A stretch of DNA of 44,514 nucleotides from IMG/VR virus record IMGVR_UViG_3300022538_000610, one strand, 5' to 3'. Numbering within the stretch: position 1 is the first letter of the stretch; every line of letters starts with the position of its first letter. Positions 23,734 to 31,699 of this stretch are shown here, one piece after another. The position numbers were made by a program, and so were the translations under genes. The DNA is from a virus. The notes beneath the pieces were generated by a model that had not been told where the DNA came from, did no database searches, and saw only the letters and a program-made list of their open reading frames with translations.

Positions 23734-23822
23734 GTGCGATACTGTGCTAATAATCAAGGTTTTGAGCCCATCGACACTTTTACGCATTTCGTGTACAAGT
23801 ATCGCACTCGATGGGCTTTTTT
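23734..23822 (+). terminator. Terminator-like structure with crossing helices
   Basis: GAGCCCATCGA (23764..23774) pairs with TCGATGGGCT (23808..23817), followed by a run of T's. GTGCGATACT (23734..23743) pairs with AGTATCGCAC (23798..23807). The order is a-b-a'-b'. Confidence 0.5.
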
Positions 23823-23883
23823 AATTTTACTTATACTATGACAAAAAGTCCGATAAGAGAAAAGCGCTGTTTAAGAGCTTAAA

Positions 23884-24141
23884 ATGATGACTGAATGTAA
23901 CATAACATATAGAAAAAGACTAAAATACTCCTCTTTTATAAGAACAACTAATAAGATAACTACGAAGATTTTGCTTTATTTTGTGTTAATTCTCTTATTT
24001 GTGGCAAGTTGTAAGCCGGCAGACAACCGAATAAGAGTAAAACCCCGCCTGCCCCAAGTTGACCGAACCACGCCCGAATACAAAGAAGGTGTCAGGCAAA
24101 TGGTCTATCGACTTTATTGGATGGATGCAGAAAAACAATAA
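23884..24141 (+). CDS. Small lipoprotein, paralogue 1 (start uncertain)
   Basis: Hydrophobic stretch followed by the lipobox LLFVAS-C. The mature part CKPADNRIRVKPRLPQVDRTTPEYKEGVRQMVYRLYWMDAEKQ is nearly identical to the 37801..37983 product. Confidence 0.65.
   Translation: MMTECNITYRKRLKYSSFIRTTNKITTKILLYFVLILLFVASCKPADNRIRVKPRLPQVDRTTPEYKEGVRQMVYRLYWMDAEKQ
24003..24128 (+). repeat. Dispersed direct repeat, copy 1 (126 nt; 61-nt perfectly identical core 24049..24109)
   Basis: Aligned by eye with 37845..37970. The core ctgccccaagttgaccgaaccacgcccgaatacaaagaaggtgtcaggcaaatggtctatc is identical in both. Confidence 0.9.
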
Positions 24142-24153
24142 GGAGATTTTGCA

Positions 24154-24519
24154 ATGTGTTTAGCCATTACATACTCAAAAGAAAAGAAAAAGGCCATTTT
24201 GGCCAAGAAGCCCAAAAAGTTTGTGGTCTGGAGGGTGGTATACAGAAAAAAAGGTGGGTTCAGTGCTCTTTATCACCTTTTCGATTTCATTGCGGGCAAA
24301 AATGTCTCCTTAACTGGCCCTGGTTTTTTTTCTTTTCTACATTGGAAAGACGCTAAAGCGTGGGCGTGGGATAATAAAATTTGTCGAGCCATTATTAAAA
24401 AAACGACAATTAAAAACATAGGAATACAAAAATTTGTGGCGCCGGGCGGCAAAATATTCGCTGAAACCATAGTCTCTTCTGAAATTATAATGCCAAAATA
24501 CATCGGGGGCAAGAAATGA
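24154..24519 (+). CDS. Hypothetical protein (121 aa)
   Basis: ORF track; strong AAGGAG Shine-Dalgarno sequence. Confidence 0.6.
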   Translation: MCLAITYSKEKKKAILAKKPKKFVVWRVVYRKKGGFSALYHLFDFIAGKNVSLTGPGFFSFLHWKDAKAWAWDNKICRAIIKKTTIKNIGIQKFVAPGGKIFAETIVSSEIIMPKYIGGKK

Positions 24520-24731
24520 CTACCAAAGAACTCTGGAAAAAATACGGCAGCGACGACTGGGACAGATGCGCCGATGGCCTGACAAAGGCCAGCCTGGTTG
24601 GCGAATTGGATTTAAGTAATGAAGTAGGCGTTTTTACGGCCATCGCCGTGACCTTTCAGATTGGCTTCAACGCAGGCGTGGCGGCGGCAGAAAAGGAATT
24701 GAAATCATTGGCTTTGAGTAATGCAAATTAA
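24516..24731 (+). CDS. Hypothetical protein (71 aa)
   Basis: ORF track; ATGA overlap. Confidence 0.55.
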   Translation: MTTKELWKKYGSDDWDRCADGLTKASLVGELDLSNEVGVFTAIAVTFQIGFNAGVAAAEKELKSLALSNAN

Positions 24732-24767
24732 CTCTCTTAAAAGTAAATAGCAATTCTCCCTCCTCCT

Positions 24768-24797
24768 AAGCCAGAGCTTATGTTTTGGCTCTGGCTT
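24768..24797 (+). terminator. Perfect 10-bp hairpin after the 24516..24731 gene
   Basis: AAGCCAGAGC (24768..24777), 10-nt loop, GCTCTGGCTT (24788..24797), then a short T-run. Confidence 0.45.
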
Positions 24798-24808
24798 TAG
24801 AAAGCCAT

Positions 24809-24960
24809 GCGAGGCGGCGGTGTGAGTATCGTGGCAACGATATGTGCCGTGAGAACTGAAAACATCGGCAGGTAGAGACTGCTTCAAGCGGACAATTAAC
24901 TCTCGATAAGTAATTGCCTGCCATCGAAGGGTAAACTGATAAAACTGCCCGCCTCGCTTT
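24809..24960 (+). ncRNA. Candidate structured RNA (~150 nt) closed by a long-range helix and a U-tail
   Basis: GCGAGGCGG (24809..24817) pairs with CCGCCTCGC (24948..24956), followed by TTTT. Internal hairpins include TATCGT-GGCA-ACGATA and GGCAGG...CCTGCC. There is no plus-strand ORF in the 259-nt gap 24732..24990. Confidence 0.4.
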
Positions 24961-24990
24961 TGAAAACGCTCTTTATGAAAGGAAAAGAAA

Positions 24991-25275
24991 ATGTTTACAC
25001 AATGGTATTTATTAAGAGATAGCGGAACAAGCACTATTTATGCTTATCCCGCAGAATTAACAGGCATTAAGAAAGTTCACGGTTGCGTTGCTTACTGGCC
25101 CTTAAATGATAGTGGGGCTCGGTGGTCGCCCGATAAGTGGGGTTTAATACTTGGTATAACGTGTTGCAAAAAGATATTTGGCCGCTGCCCCGAAAAGGGC
25201 GAGCTTCTCTATGTCAAGCAGCAAAAGAACGGCAAATGGAAATCAGAAAGTATCGACCTGGAATTTTCAGATTAA
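24991..25275 (+). CDS. Hypothetical protein (94 aa)
   Basis: ORF track; GAAAGGAAAAGAAA upstream. Confidence 0.55.
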   Translation: MFTQWYLLRDSGTSTIYAYPAELTGIKKVHGCVAYWPLNDSGARWSPDKWGLILGITCCKKIFGRCPEKGELLYVKQQKNGKWKSESIDLEFSD

Positions 25276-25291
25276 CGGGCGGCAAAAGCAA

Positions 25292-25462
25292 ATGAAATGC
25301 CCAAAATGCGGTAGTGAAGAAGTTGAATATATTGATGCGTTTCCAACATTGGATTATGCCGAGCACGGCGAATTTTATGCAAAATACAAATGTTCTAAAT
25401 GTGGTTTTGAATTTCAAGAACTTAGTTGTGCTGAGGAACCAATGTTCGGCGAAGAAGTTTAA
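25292..25462 (+). CDS. Zinc-ribbon micro-protein (56 aa)
   Basis: Internal ATG: MKCPKCGSEEVEYIDAF...YKCSKCGFEFQEL. The tracked longer ORF overlaps the previous gene. Confidence 0.55.
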   Translation: MKCPKCGSEEVEYIDAFPTLDYAEHGEFYAKYKCSKCGFEFQELSCAEEPMFGEEV

Positions 25463-25573
25463 CTAACGGGCGGCACAATAACAGAAGACGACACTAAAAG
25501 AGCTTGGCTAAACGCTATAAACCAGCCCGCTGGCTTGTGGCTGGCGGGCAGGCCGCCCAGAAAGGATAGGAAA

Positions 25574-25774
25574 ATGCCTAAATGCGAAAATACAGACTGT
25601 GGTTATAGTGGCGATGCAGATACATTTAAGCCAATGATGTCTCCATATCACGATTTGCGATGTCCTAAATGTGGCACGACTAAGATAGATACTTCGGATA
25701 TAAATAAAGAATGGGCAGAGCGAGGTGACGCATATGGATACGGCGATGATAATTTTCTAAAGACAACCCAATGA
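25574..25774 (+). CDS. Zinc-ribbon micro-protein (66 aa)
   Basis: Internal ATG after AAAGGATAGGAAA: MPKCENTDCGYSGDADTFKP...LRCPKCGTTKID. Confidence 0.55.
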   Translation: MPKCENTDCGYSGDADTFKPMMSPYHDLRCPKCGTTKIDTSDINKEWAERGDAYGYGDDNFLKTTQ

Positions 25775-25802
25775 AAACCGCCCAGAAAGGATAGGAAAGC
25801 AA

Positions 25803-25934
25803 ATGAAACGCTGCAAAGATTGTATATGGAATAAAGTAAAATACAATACTCAATGTTATGAAGAAGCTAAAGAGTGGGGACTTTCTTGTTGTAATTATGT
25901 CCGCAAATGGTGGAAATTCTGGAGGCCGAAATGA
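25803..25934 (+). CDS. Cys-rich micro-protein (43 aa)
   Basis: My translation: MKRCKDCIWNKVKYNTQCYEEAKEWGLSCCNYVRKWWKFWRPK. It is preceded by the same 21-nt upstream motif as the previous gene. Confidence 0.45.
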   Translation: MKRCKDCIWNKVKYNTQCYEEAKEWGLSCCNYVRKWWKFWRPK

Positions 25935-26026
25935 TAACTGCAATCATACTACTTAACATTTTGCTTTTAAGCACGCCGTTGCTTGCTTTGCTCTGGCTAC
26001 TCAAGAGCGACTTCGGAGAGAAGTAA
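25931..26026 (+). CDS. Possible single-helix membrane micro-protein (31 aa)
   Basis: My translation: MITAIILLNILLLSTPLLALLWLLKSDFGEK. ATGA overlap. Confidence 0.3.
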   Translation: MITAIILLNILLLSTPLLALLWLLKSDFGEK

Positions 26027-26040
26027 AGGAGAAATAAAAA

Positions 26041-26295
26041 ATGCTTTTACGTGAAAGATTAAATCAATTGCCTGAACAATTAGGAATCGTTAATGAACCC
26101 ACAGCCAAACTTATCAATCAATTCCTCATAACGACCGTAACGGTTTTAGAAATGTTACAACACGATTTACAAGAAAACGAACCACACGCCAGAAATACGA
26201 TTGACGATTTGGCCGAAGTAATCGGTTACGTTCCAATGGATTGTGGTGAGGTTGCAGAAATTGACGAAGGAAGAGCAAAAGAAGAGGAGAAATAA
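26041..26295 (+). CDS. Hypothetical protein (84 aa)
   Basis: ORF track; AAGGAGAAA Shine-Dalgarno sequence. Confidence 0.55.
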   Translation: MLLRERLNQLPEQLGIVNEPTAKLINQFLITTVTVLEMLQHDLQENEPHARNTIDDLAEVIGYVPMDCGEVAEIDEGRAKEEEK

Positions 26296-26546
26296 TGTCA
26301 TTGAGAACAAGAGAAAGAATTAAAAGGCTTGAGCCAGACCATCAAATTATAAACGGTGAATTTATTGACCAGTTTACGTCATTTGCACTTACGCCGCAGC
26401 GGCTGCTCGAACTGGCCGAAGAATCCTTGAACCGCCTGCCGAAATGCTGCCGGAGACTGGCCAGAAGAAGGGCAAAGCAGGCAGCGGCTATGGCCAAAGA
26501 AGAGTTAGGAGAAGAAAATGAAATCAAGAGCACACATCCGCTATAA
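26295..26546 (+). CDS. Hypothetical protein (83 aa)
   Basis: ORF track; TAATG overlap. Confidence 0.55.
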   Translation: MSLRTRERIKRLEPDHQIINGEFIDQFTSFALTPQRLLELAEESLNRLPKCCRRLARRRAKQAAAMAKEELGEENEIKSTHPL

Positions 26547-27147
26547 GAACGCCGAAGGCAAGTTAGTTCCCGGCACTACTACTGTTACTGGTTTACTTGC
26601 CAAACCACAGCTAATTGTTTGGGCTAATCGGCTCGGCCTTAACGGCATAGATAGCACCCGTTTCGTAGACGACAAAGCCGACATCGGCACACTGGCACAT
26701 CAGCTAATTACCGACCGTTTGCTTGGCAGCAAAACAGACACGGATGATTACAGCAAGAAACAGATTGATGCCGCCGAGAACGCCGTAATTAGCTATTACG
26801 AATGGGAAAAGAACCACGAAATCGAACCGATTATTATTGAGCAGCCATTGGTTTCGGAGAAATATCAATACGGTGGAACGCCAGATATTTATGCCGTTGT
26901 TGATAAAGAATTTGAATTACTTGATTTGAAAACCGGTGGAGGAATTTATGAGGAGATGGTTATACAACTTGCAGCCTACAAGCATCTTCACGAAGAGCAA
27001 GGCCATACAATTAAAAGGACAAGAATAATCCGCATAGGCAGGGACGAGGACGAAGGCTTTGAGATTAGAACATATACGGATTTAGAGAAATATTGGCAGA
27101 TTTTTGAGCATTTACTCGCCGTATATTACTTGAGAAAGAAAAAGTGA
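26518..27147 (+). CDS. PD-(D/E)XK (Cas4/RecB-like) exonuclease
   Basis: The motifs GGTPDIYAV...ELLDLKTGGG...QLAAYKHL correspond to D...ExK plus QxxxY. Confidence 0.7.
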   Translation: MKSRAHIRYKNAEGKLVPGTTTVTGLLAKPQLIVWANRLGLNGIDSTRFVDDKADIGTLAHQLITDRLLGSKTDTDDYSKKQIDAAENAVISYYEWEKNHEIEPIIIEQPLVSEKYQYGGTPDIYAVVDKEFELLDLKTGGGIYEEMVIQLAAYKHLHEEQGHTIKRTRIIRIGRDEDEGFEIRTYTDLEKYWQIFEHLLAVYYLRKKK

Positions 27148-27368
27148 AATATCCCAAAGACAGGCCGTTGAAGGAAAGGCAGCAGTTTGACTGCTTCGTC
27201 AAACAAGCCCTCGCCGAGTTTGAGAAGCTGGAATTTACAGAAGAGCAATTATTCGAAGCGGCACGCCAAGCAATAGGTGAATATGACATCAATGCACCGC
27301 CTTTGACAAAGAACAAATTCGCCAATGAATTTCTTAAAATCCTAAAAGAAAGAGAGGTATTCAAATGA
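27144..27368 (+). CDS. Hypothetical protein (74 aa)
   Basis: ORF track; 4-nt overlaps on both sides. Confidence 0.55.
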   Translation: MKYPKDRPLKERQQFDCFVKQALAEFEKLEFTEEQLFEAARQAIGEYDINAPPLTKNKFANEFLKILKEREVFK

Positions 27369-27925
27369 ATTTCGGAACAGTAAGAAATGCTAACGGTCAG
27401 CTAATTGAGATGTTTGCCACTGCTTTAGAGGTCGGGCCGTCAAAGTTAAGCAGTAATAAGAAACCGTACCAAGCAGTCAAGTTAAGGGACGATACGGGCG
27501 AAGAGCACCAACTAACAATAATGCAGGGACAAGGGAAACTGTTGGACGCCGCCTGCCTGAACCAGCGATTGGCTTTTAATCTGGAAACCTACCAAGGTCG
27601 TTCAGGAGTAGCTTATTCCGGCTTCTGGCGAGATACCGTTAAGGTAAACCAGGCGCCTGCTCAATATCAACAAGGACCGCCACAAATAGGCCAGGCGGAA
27701 GTGCCGCCAAAAGAAGAAGTTGACTGGGACGCCAAAGACCTGCGAAACGCAAAAATGAACGGTCTCAATAACGCCACCTCATTTCTAATAGCCCTGGCCA
27801 CAATAACGTCAAGTGCCGAATTTTTGCAGGAGGAAAAAGCTAAAAGTTTAGCCAAAAGTTTTGTTGATTGGATTTACGAAAAAGACAACGAGCCAGAAGA
27901 GTCATCTGATGAGCCACCATTTTAA
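27365..27925 (+). CDS. Single-stranded-DNA-binding-like protein
   Basis: 186 aa. An OB-like N-terminal half, a Gln/Pro-rich linker, and an acidic tail ending EPEESSDEPPF, which is the canonical SSB C-terminal tip type (D-x-P-F). Confidence 0.55.
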   Translation: MNFGTVRNANGQLIEMFATALEVGPSKLSSNKKPYQAVKLRDDTGEEHQLTIMQGQGKLLDAACLNQRLAFNLETYQGRSGVAYSGFWRDTVKVNQAPAQYQQGPPQIGQAEVPPKEEVDWDAKDLRNAKMNGLNNATSFLIALATITSSAEFLQEEKAKSLAKSFVDWIYEKDNEPEESSDEPPF

Positions 27926-27939
27926 TAAGGAGTCCAAGG

Positions 27940-28305
27940 ATGGGACTTATAAAAATCCAGCATCGAATTGAGGCAAACAGAAAGCTCTTAGCAGATAAGC
28001 ATACACAGCTTGAAGAGTTTGCCCAGAAGCGAGCCGAAGCGGAAGCCGATTATGAACGACAACTTGCCGTTACGCTCATCAAGTTGCGAAACAAGAAGGC
28101 CTTCGAGCTTGACGGTGAGTTAATCAAAGACCCACCAGCCACTTACGCCAAAGACATCGCCAAGGGTATCTGCTGGGAGGCAAAACTAAAGCAAGAGGCA
28201 ACGGCTGGCAAATACAAGGCAACGCTTGAGAGAATACAAAGCCTGCGCACGGCCATCAACGCCGACCAGAGCATACTAAAGTATATGGAAGAGGCGGAAA
28301 CATAA
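27940..28305 (+). CDS. Hypothetical coiled-coil protein (121 aa)
   Basis: ORF track; AAGGAG Shine-Dalgarno sequence. Confidence 0.55.
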   Translation: MGLIKIQHRIEANRKLLADKHTQLEEFAQKRAEAEADYERQLAVTLIKLRNKKAFELDGELIKDPPATYAKDIAKGICWEAKLKQEATAGKYKATLERIQSLRTAINADQSILKYMEEAET

Positions 28306-28317
28306 GGAGACCTGAAA

Positions 28318-29211
28318 ATGAAGTTACATAGTTACCCAAAAGTTTACGCATTGGGACACGCAGCAATAAAAGAATTATTCTTTGACCCCGTTAGTGTTGA
28401 AGAAAAAATAGATGGCAGTCAATTCAGTTTTGGCCTTGTAGATGGCAATCTTAAATGCCGAAGCCACCATCAAGAAATAGACATAGACTGTCCGCCCCAA
28501 ATGTTTGCTGGGGTTGTGGGAACTGTTATTGATTTAATGCCAGACCTACAAGAAGGTTGGGTTTATCGGGGAGAATGCTTAAACAAGCCCCACCATAACA
28601 CGCTTTGCTACGATAGAACCCCCAAAAACAACATTATCATTTTTGATATAGATGTTGGGATAGAAGATTATCTTATCCCGAGAATACGAAGAATCACAGC
28701 AGAAGCCCTCGGCTTTGAATCTGTACCTATATTTTATGAAGGACAGATTGAAAATTATGAAGAAATGAAAAAGTTTCTGGACGAGAAAAGCTGTTTGGGT
28801 GGTACGCAGGTTGAGGGATTAGTTTTTAAGAACCCCCACCGCTTTGCCAGAGACGGCCACGCACTAATGGGCAAATACGTTAGGGAAGATTTCAAAGAAG
28901 TCAACCAAGCAAATTGGCGACAACAAGGTGGTAAGTATATTATCCAGCAAATAGGGGAATCGTACAAGACAACCGCCCGATGGAACAAAGCTATACAACA
29001 TCTCAAAGACAAAGGCGAATTACTAAACGAACCCAAAGACATAGGGGCGCTGTTGAAAGAAATAAACAAGGATGTTTTCGAGGAATGCGCTGAGGAAATT
29101 TCACAAAAACTGTTTAAGTGGGCCTGGAAAGACATTTCTCGAATTATCACAAGGGGATTTCCTGAATGGTATAAGGAAGAATTAGCAAAGAAGCAATTCA
29201 AGGAGGTTTGA
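28318..29211 (+). CDS. ATP-dependent ligase (RNA-ligase-family nucleotidyltransferase)
   Basis: Motif I EEKIDGSQFSF (KxDG), motif III-like WVYRGECL, motif IV EGLVFKN, motif V GKYVRE. There is no OB domain. AAGGAGA Shine-Dalgarno sequence. Confidence 0.7.
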   Translation: MKLHSYPKVYALGHAAIKELFFDPVSVEEKIDGSQFSFGLVDGNLKCRSHHQEIDIDCPPQMFAGVVGTVIDLMPDLQEGWVYRGECLNKPHHNTLCYDRTPKNNIIIFDIDVGIEDYLIPRIRRITAEALGFESVPIFYEGQIENYEEMKKFLDEKSCLGGTQVEGLVFKNPHRFARDGHALMGKYVREDFKEVNQANWRQQGGKYIIQQIGESYKTTARWNKAIQHLKDKGELLNEPKDIGALLKEINKDVFEECAEEISQKLFKWAWKDISRIITRGFPEWYKEELAKKQFKEV

Positions 29212-29212
29212 A

Positions 29213-29524
29213 ATGGCAAAGAAAACTCAAATCGTAGAACTATATCGTTTTTACAATACCACTGACTGTCGTTTAACTTATGGAAGCGGCAATTATCGGG
29301 AGTTTTGTTGGGAAGAATTCAAGGTTGAAAACCCAGCACTCTGTAAGGGTATGTGGCCAGGCCGAACCCGCAAGCTAATCCGCACGCAGCTTCCTAAAGG
29401 CTTTAAGCTGGAAAAAGAAAATAAGGAGATTGACTATGAAATGGCAAACGGAAAAAGAAGTAAGAGAGGCCGCCAGCAAAGGCGAACTGGCAGCCCTGCA
29501 ATCAGCTATACGACATCACTTTGA
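29213..29524 (+). CDS. Hypothetical protein (103 aa); the 3' end overlaps the next gene
   Basis: ORF track; AAGGAGG Shine-Dalgarno sequence. Confidence 0.5.
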   Translation: MAKKTQIVELYRFYNTTDCRLTYGSGNYREFCWEEFKVENPALCKGMWPGRTRKLIRTQLPKGFKLEKENKEIDYEMANGKRSKRGRQQRRTGSPAISYTTSL

Positions 29525-30062
29525 ATTGAGCTATTGCACGGCAGAGCAGTTAAGAGAGGCACTAAAAGAAAACGAAACCCATTTAGGGGAAAGCTTTTGT
29601 GCGCTTTGTCAAAGGCATCTCTTCGGCAAATGCCGAAATTGTTGCCTGAAAGCAAAAGATACAGACGAAACAGAAACATGTTGCTCTGAATACAGAAACA
29701 CAAACAGAATATTTATGAAATGGCAATGCGGAAACCCAACCCCTGAAAATTTCGCTGCCTTTCAGCAAGCCGAGCGAATACTTTTAGATAGGCTCTGCGA
29801 CGAGTTCGACAAAATGACAAAAGAGCCAGAAAAAGAAAAGATTATCCACAAAACAGGTAATCGGTATCAGATTGAATCTGGTGAAAAATATATACTGGCA
29901 CAAGCAGGTATAGATGAGGTAGCCCTTCTTGATTTAAGGAATGGAAATCGTTGGCGGCCTCCGGTCAGGGTCCAGGAGGCATATCATTTATCAGAGACAG
30001 AGTGGTCTGCGGTTCACGGCAGAGAGTTTGTGTTTGAACTTATCCCAAAGGCAGAAAAATGA
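29436..30062 (+). CDS. Hypothetical Cys-rich protein (208 aa)
   Basis: ATG at 29436 (MKWQTEKE...), 8 nt after AAGGAG. Contains CALCQRHLFGKCRNCC...CC. Confidence 0.55.
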   Translation: MKWQTEKEVREAASKGELAALQSAIRHHFELSYCTAEQLREALKENETHLGESFCALCQRHLFGKCRNCCLKAKDTDETETCCSEYRNTNRIFMKWQCGNPTPENFAAFQQAERILLDRLCDEFDKMTKEPEKEKIIHKTGNRYQIESGEKYILAQAGIDEVALLDLRNGNRWRPPVRVQEAYHLSETEWSAVHGREFVFELIPKAEK

Positions 30063-30256
30063 CGGATAACTGTTATAACGAACTCAAAGAGCTTTTTGGC
30101 AAAGACTATGCAGATGCCAACAAGCAACTTGTCCACAGCGGCAGCCAGGCCGCCCTGCATAAGTTTCTGCAAGTAAGACGAGAACTGCATAAGCAGATAG
30201 AAAAGGAAGGGAATCTAAATTATGGACATACAAATATCACAAGAAACTTGCTGTAG
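30059..30256 (+). CDS. Hypothetical protein (65 aa)
   Basis: ORF track; ATGA overlap. Confidence 0.5.
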   Translation: MTDNCYNELKELFGKDYADANKQLVHSGSQAALHKFLQVRRELHKQIEKEGNLNYGHTNITRNLL

Positions 30257-30503
30257 ATGTAGTGTGGTTTTTTGGATTACATCAGAACATCAACGGCGAC
30301 TTCAAAAGTGTAAAAACCTATTCTATTGCCCTAATGGTCATTCGCAATCTTACAAAGGGGAATCCAGTACCCAAAAAGTTGCAAGGCTTGAAGAAAAGCT
30401 GCGGCGTGAAGAACGCTGTTCTGAAAGACTTGCCCGTAGTAATGCGGCGCTCCGAGGAGTGATAACAAGGAACAAGGCGGCTGGCCTGGCAGAAAGGCGG
30501 TAA
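30222..30503 (+). CDS. Hypothetical zinc-finger/coiled-coil protein (93 aa)
   Basis: ORF track; CCRC...CPNGH followed by a heptad-like C-terminus. Confidence 0.5.
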   Translation: MDIQISQETCCRCSVVFWITSEHQRRLQKCKNLFYCPNGHSQSYKGESSTQKVARLEEKLRREERCSERLARSNAALRGVITRNKAAGLAERR

Positions 30504-30707
30504 ATGATGGAAATTGAAATAATCTTTCATACAACGTCAACTCCCAAAGTATGCAAAGACGTTGAGGCTGTTTATACAAAAGGTCAACTATTGTGTGTGC
30601 AATACAGGGACAGGTTGATAGTAAAATATCCTCTTTGTAATGTGTTCAGCATTGCACACTACCACGGTAGCCATTTAGGAAGTACCAAGCAGAAAGGCGG
30701 CGAGTAG
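30504..30707 (+). CDS. Hypothetical protein (67 aa)
   Basis: ORF track. Confidence 0.5.
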   Translation: MMEIEIIFHTTSTPKVCKDVEAVYTKGQLLCVQYRDRLIVKYPLCNVFSIAHYHGSHLGSTKQKGGE

Positions 30708-30709
30708 AG

Positions 30710-31036
30710 ATGAATGAAGAAAAAGCGATTACTAATCAAAAAGCATTTGATTTTGTGGTTATGCTGCTCAACAGCGGCTTCATTTCGTTGGCAGTTTTCG
30801 CAGATGCAACTGGATTGTCTTATGAAGAGGCTGGAACATATCTAAAAGAGGATGCAGATATAATAAGCCGCGCCGAGCTTGAGAAGCCAGAGCCAACATC
30901 GGACATTTATGATGGCTTGCTTTCAACGCCTAATGCAATCGTAGCAGGCGAAGAGCAAATAATTATTGACCGACAAGCCATCAAAATCAAGCGGCTTCAG
31001 AAGCCAGAGCCGACAAGCGATGCAGTGAAGATATAA
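30710..31036 (+). CDS. Hypothetical protein (108 aa) with an internal KPEPTSD duplication
   Basis: ORF track; LEKPEPTSDIYDG and LQKPEPTSDAVKI. Confidence 0.5.
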   Translation: MNEEKAITNQKAFDFVVMLLNSGFISLAVFADATGLSYEEAGTYLKEDADIISRAELEKPEPTSDIYDGLLSTPNAIVAGEEQIIIDRQAIKIKRLQKPEPTSDAVKI

Positions 31037-31215
31037 TGAATGAGCGTGCATTACAACTTCTTATTGTAAAGGATGATACTATCCTTACACAAAAGCTTTT
31101 TACACGCAAAAGAAAGGTTGAAAAAGTTAGGTATGAATTCACTAACGGCACAGTCAAGGCTCTTGTAATCAGTTATATTCCCAAGGAAAACGCAATTGTG
31201 CTGTTTGTTGAATGA
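31036..31215 (+). CDS. Hypothetical protein (59 aa; below the ORF-track cutoff)
   Basis: My translation: MNERALQLLIVKDDTILTQKLFTRKRKVEKVRYEFTNGTVKALVISYIPKENAIVLFVE. TAATG overlap. It fills a gap otherwise covered only by an antisense ORF. Confidence 0.5.
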   Translation: MNERALQLLIVKDDTILTQKLFTRKRKVEKVRYEFTNGTVKALVISYIPKENAIVLFVE

Positions 31216-31222
31216 AAGGCGA

Positions 31223-31447
31223 ATGATGAGTAAAGCAAAACTTAAAACAATCGACCTCAAACAAAAACGGGAATACCGAGTGGGGCTTCCTGCAAACTGT
31301 CCATTTCGGCAAATAAACGAAGAAACACTGGAAGTATGGTGCGACTTACTTGATATCGAAAATCACGAACACTATTGCGAAGACAGGAAGTTTTTCCCTA
31401 CTGATTGTCCCTTGCTTGATGGAGCTATTATAGTTTCCTGTGTTTGA
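31223..31447 (+). CDS. Hypothetical Cys-containing protein (74 aa)
   Basis: Internal ATG-ATG after AAAGG: MMSKAKLKTIDLKQ... Confidence 0.5.
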   Translation: MMSKAKLKTIDLKQKREYRVGLPANCPFRQINEETLEVWCDLLDIENHEHYCEDRKFFPTDCPLLDGAIIVSCV

Positions 31448-31456
31448 GAAAAGCAA

Positions 31457-31699
31457 ATGAAAACCCGAAAAGGAACAAGAAGATTTAGCCAGTCCAATAA
31501 GCGGCTGCCACCCGAAGCGGACGATGGCAGGCGGCTTGCGCTGGATATAAATACCCAGCGTATTCAAGAGATAGAGAAATTACTCCGCAAGGCGGGAGTT
31601 AAGCCCTCTACAGACGGCTCAGCAGCCCTGGCAGATAGCATAGAACAAAGCAAGGAAGCGAAAAATGGTAGCGATAAAATATGTCCAATTGGAATCTGA
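31457..31699 (+). CDS. Hypothetical protein (80 aa)
   Basis: ORF track. Confidence 0.5.
   Translation: MKTRKGTRRFSQSNKRLPPEADDGRRLALDINTQRIQEIEKLLRKAGVKPSTDGSAALADSIEQSKEAKNGSDKICPIGI

Noticed and set aside
24705-25034. 109-aa minus-strand ORF spanning the 24732..24990 gap
   Set aside because: It overlaps both neighbouring plus-strand genes, has an implausible composition and no Shine-Dalgarno sequence. The region is better explained by the RNA-structure signals on the plus strand. Confidence in this rejection is only moderate.
31051-31260. 69-aa minus-strand ORF in the early arm
   Set aside because: A 59-aa plus-strand ORF (31036..31215) with a TAATG overlap fills the same space and fits the operon direction.
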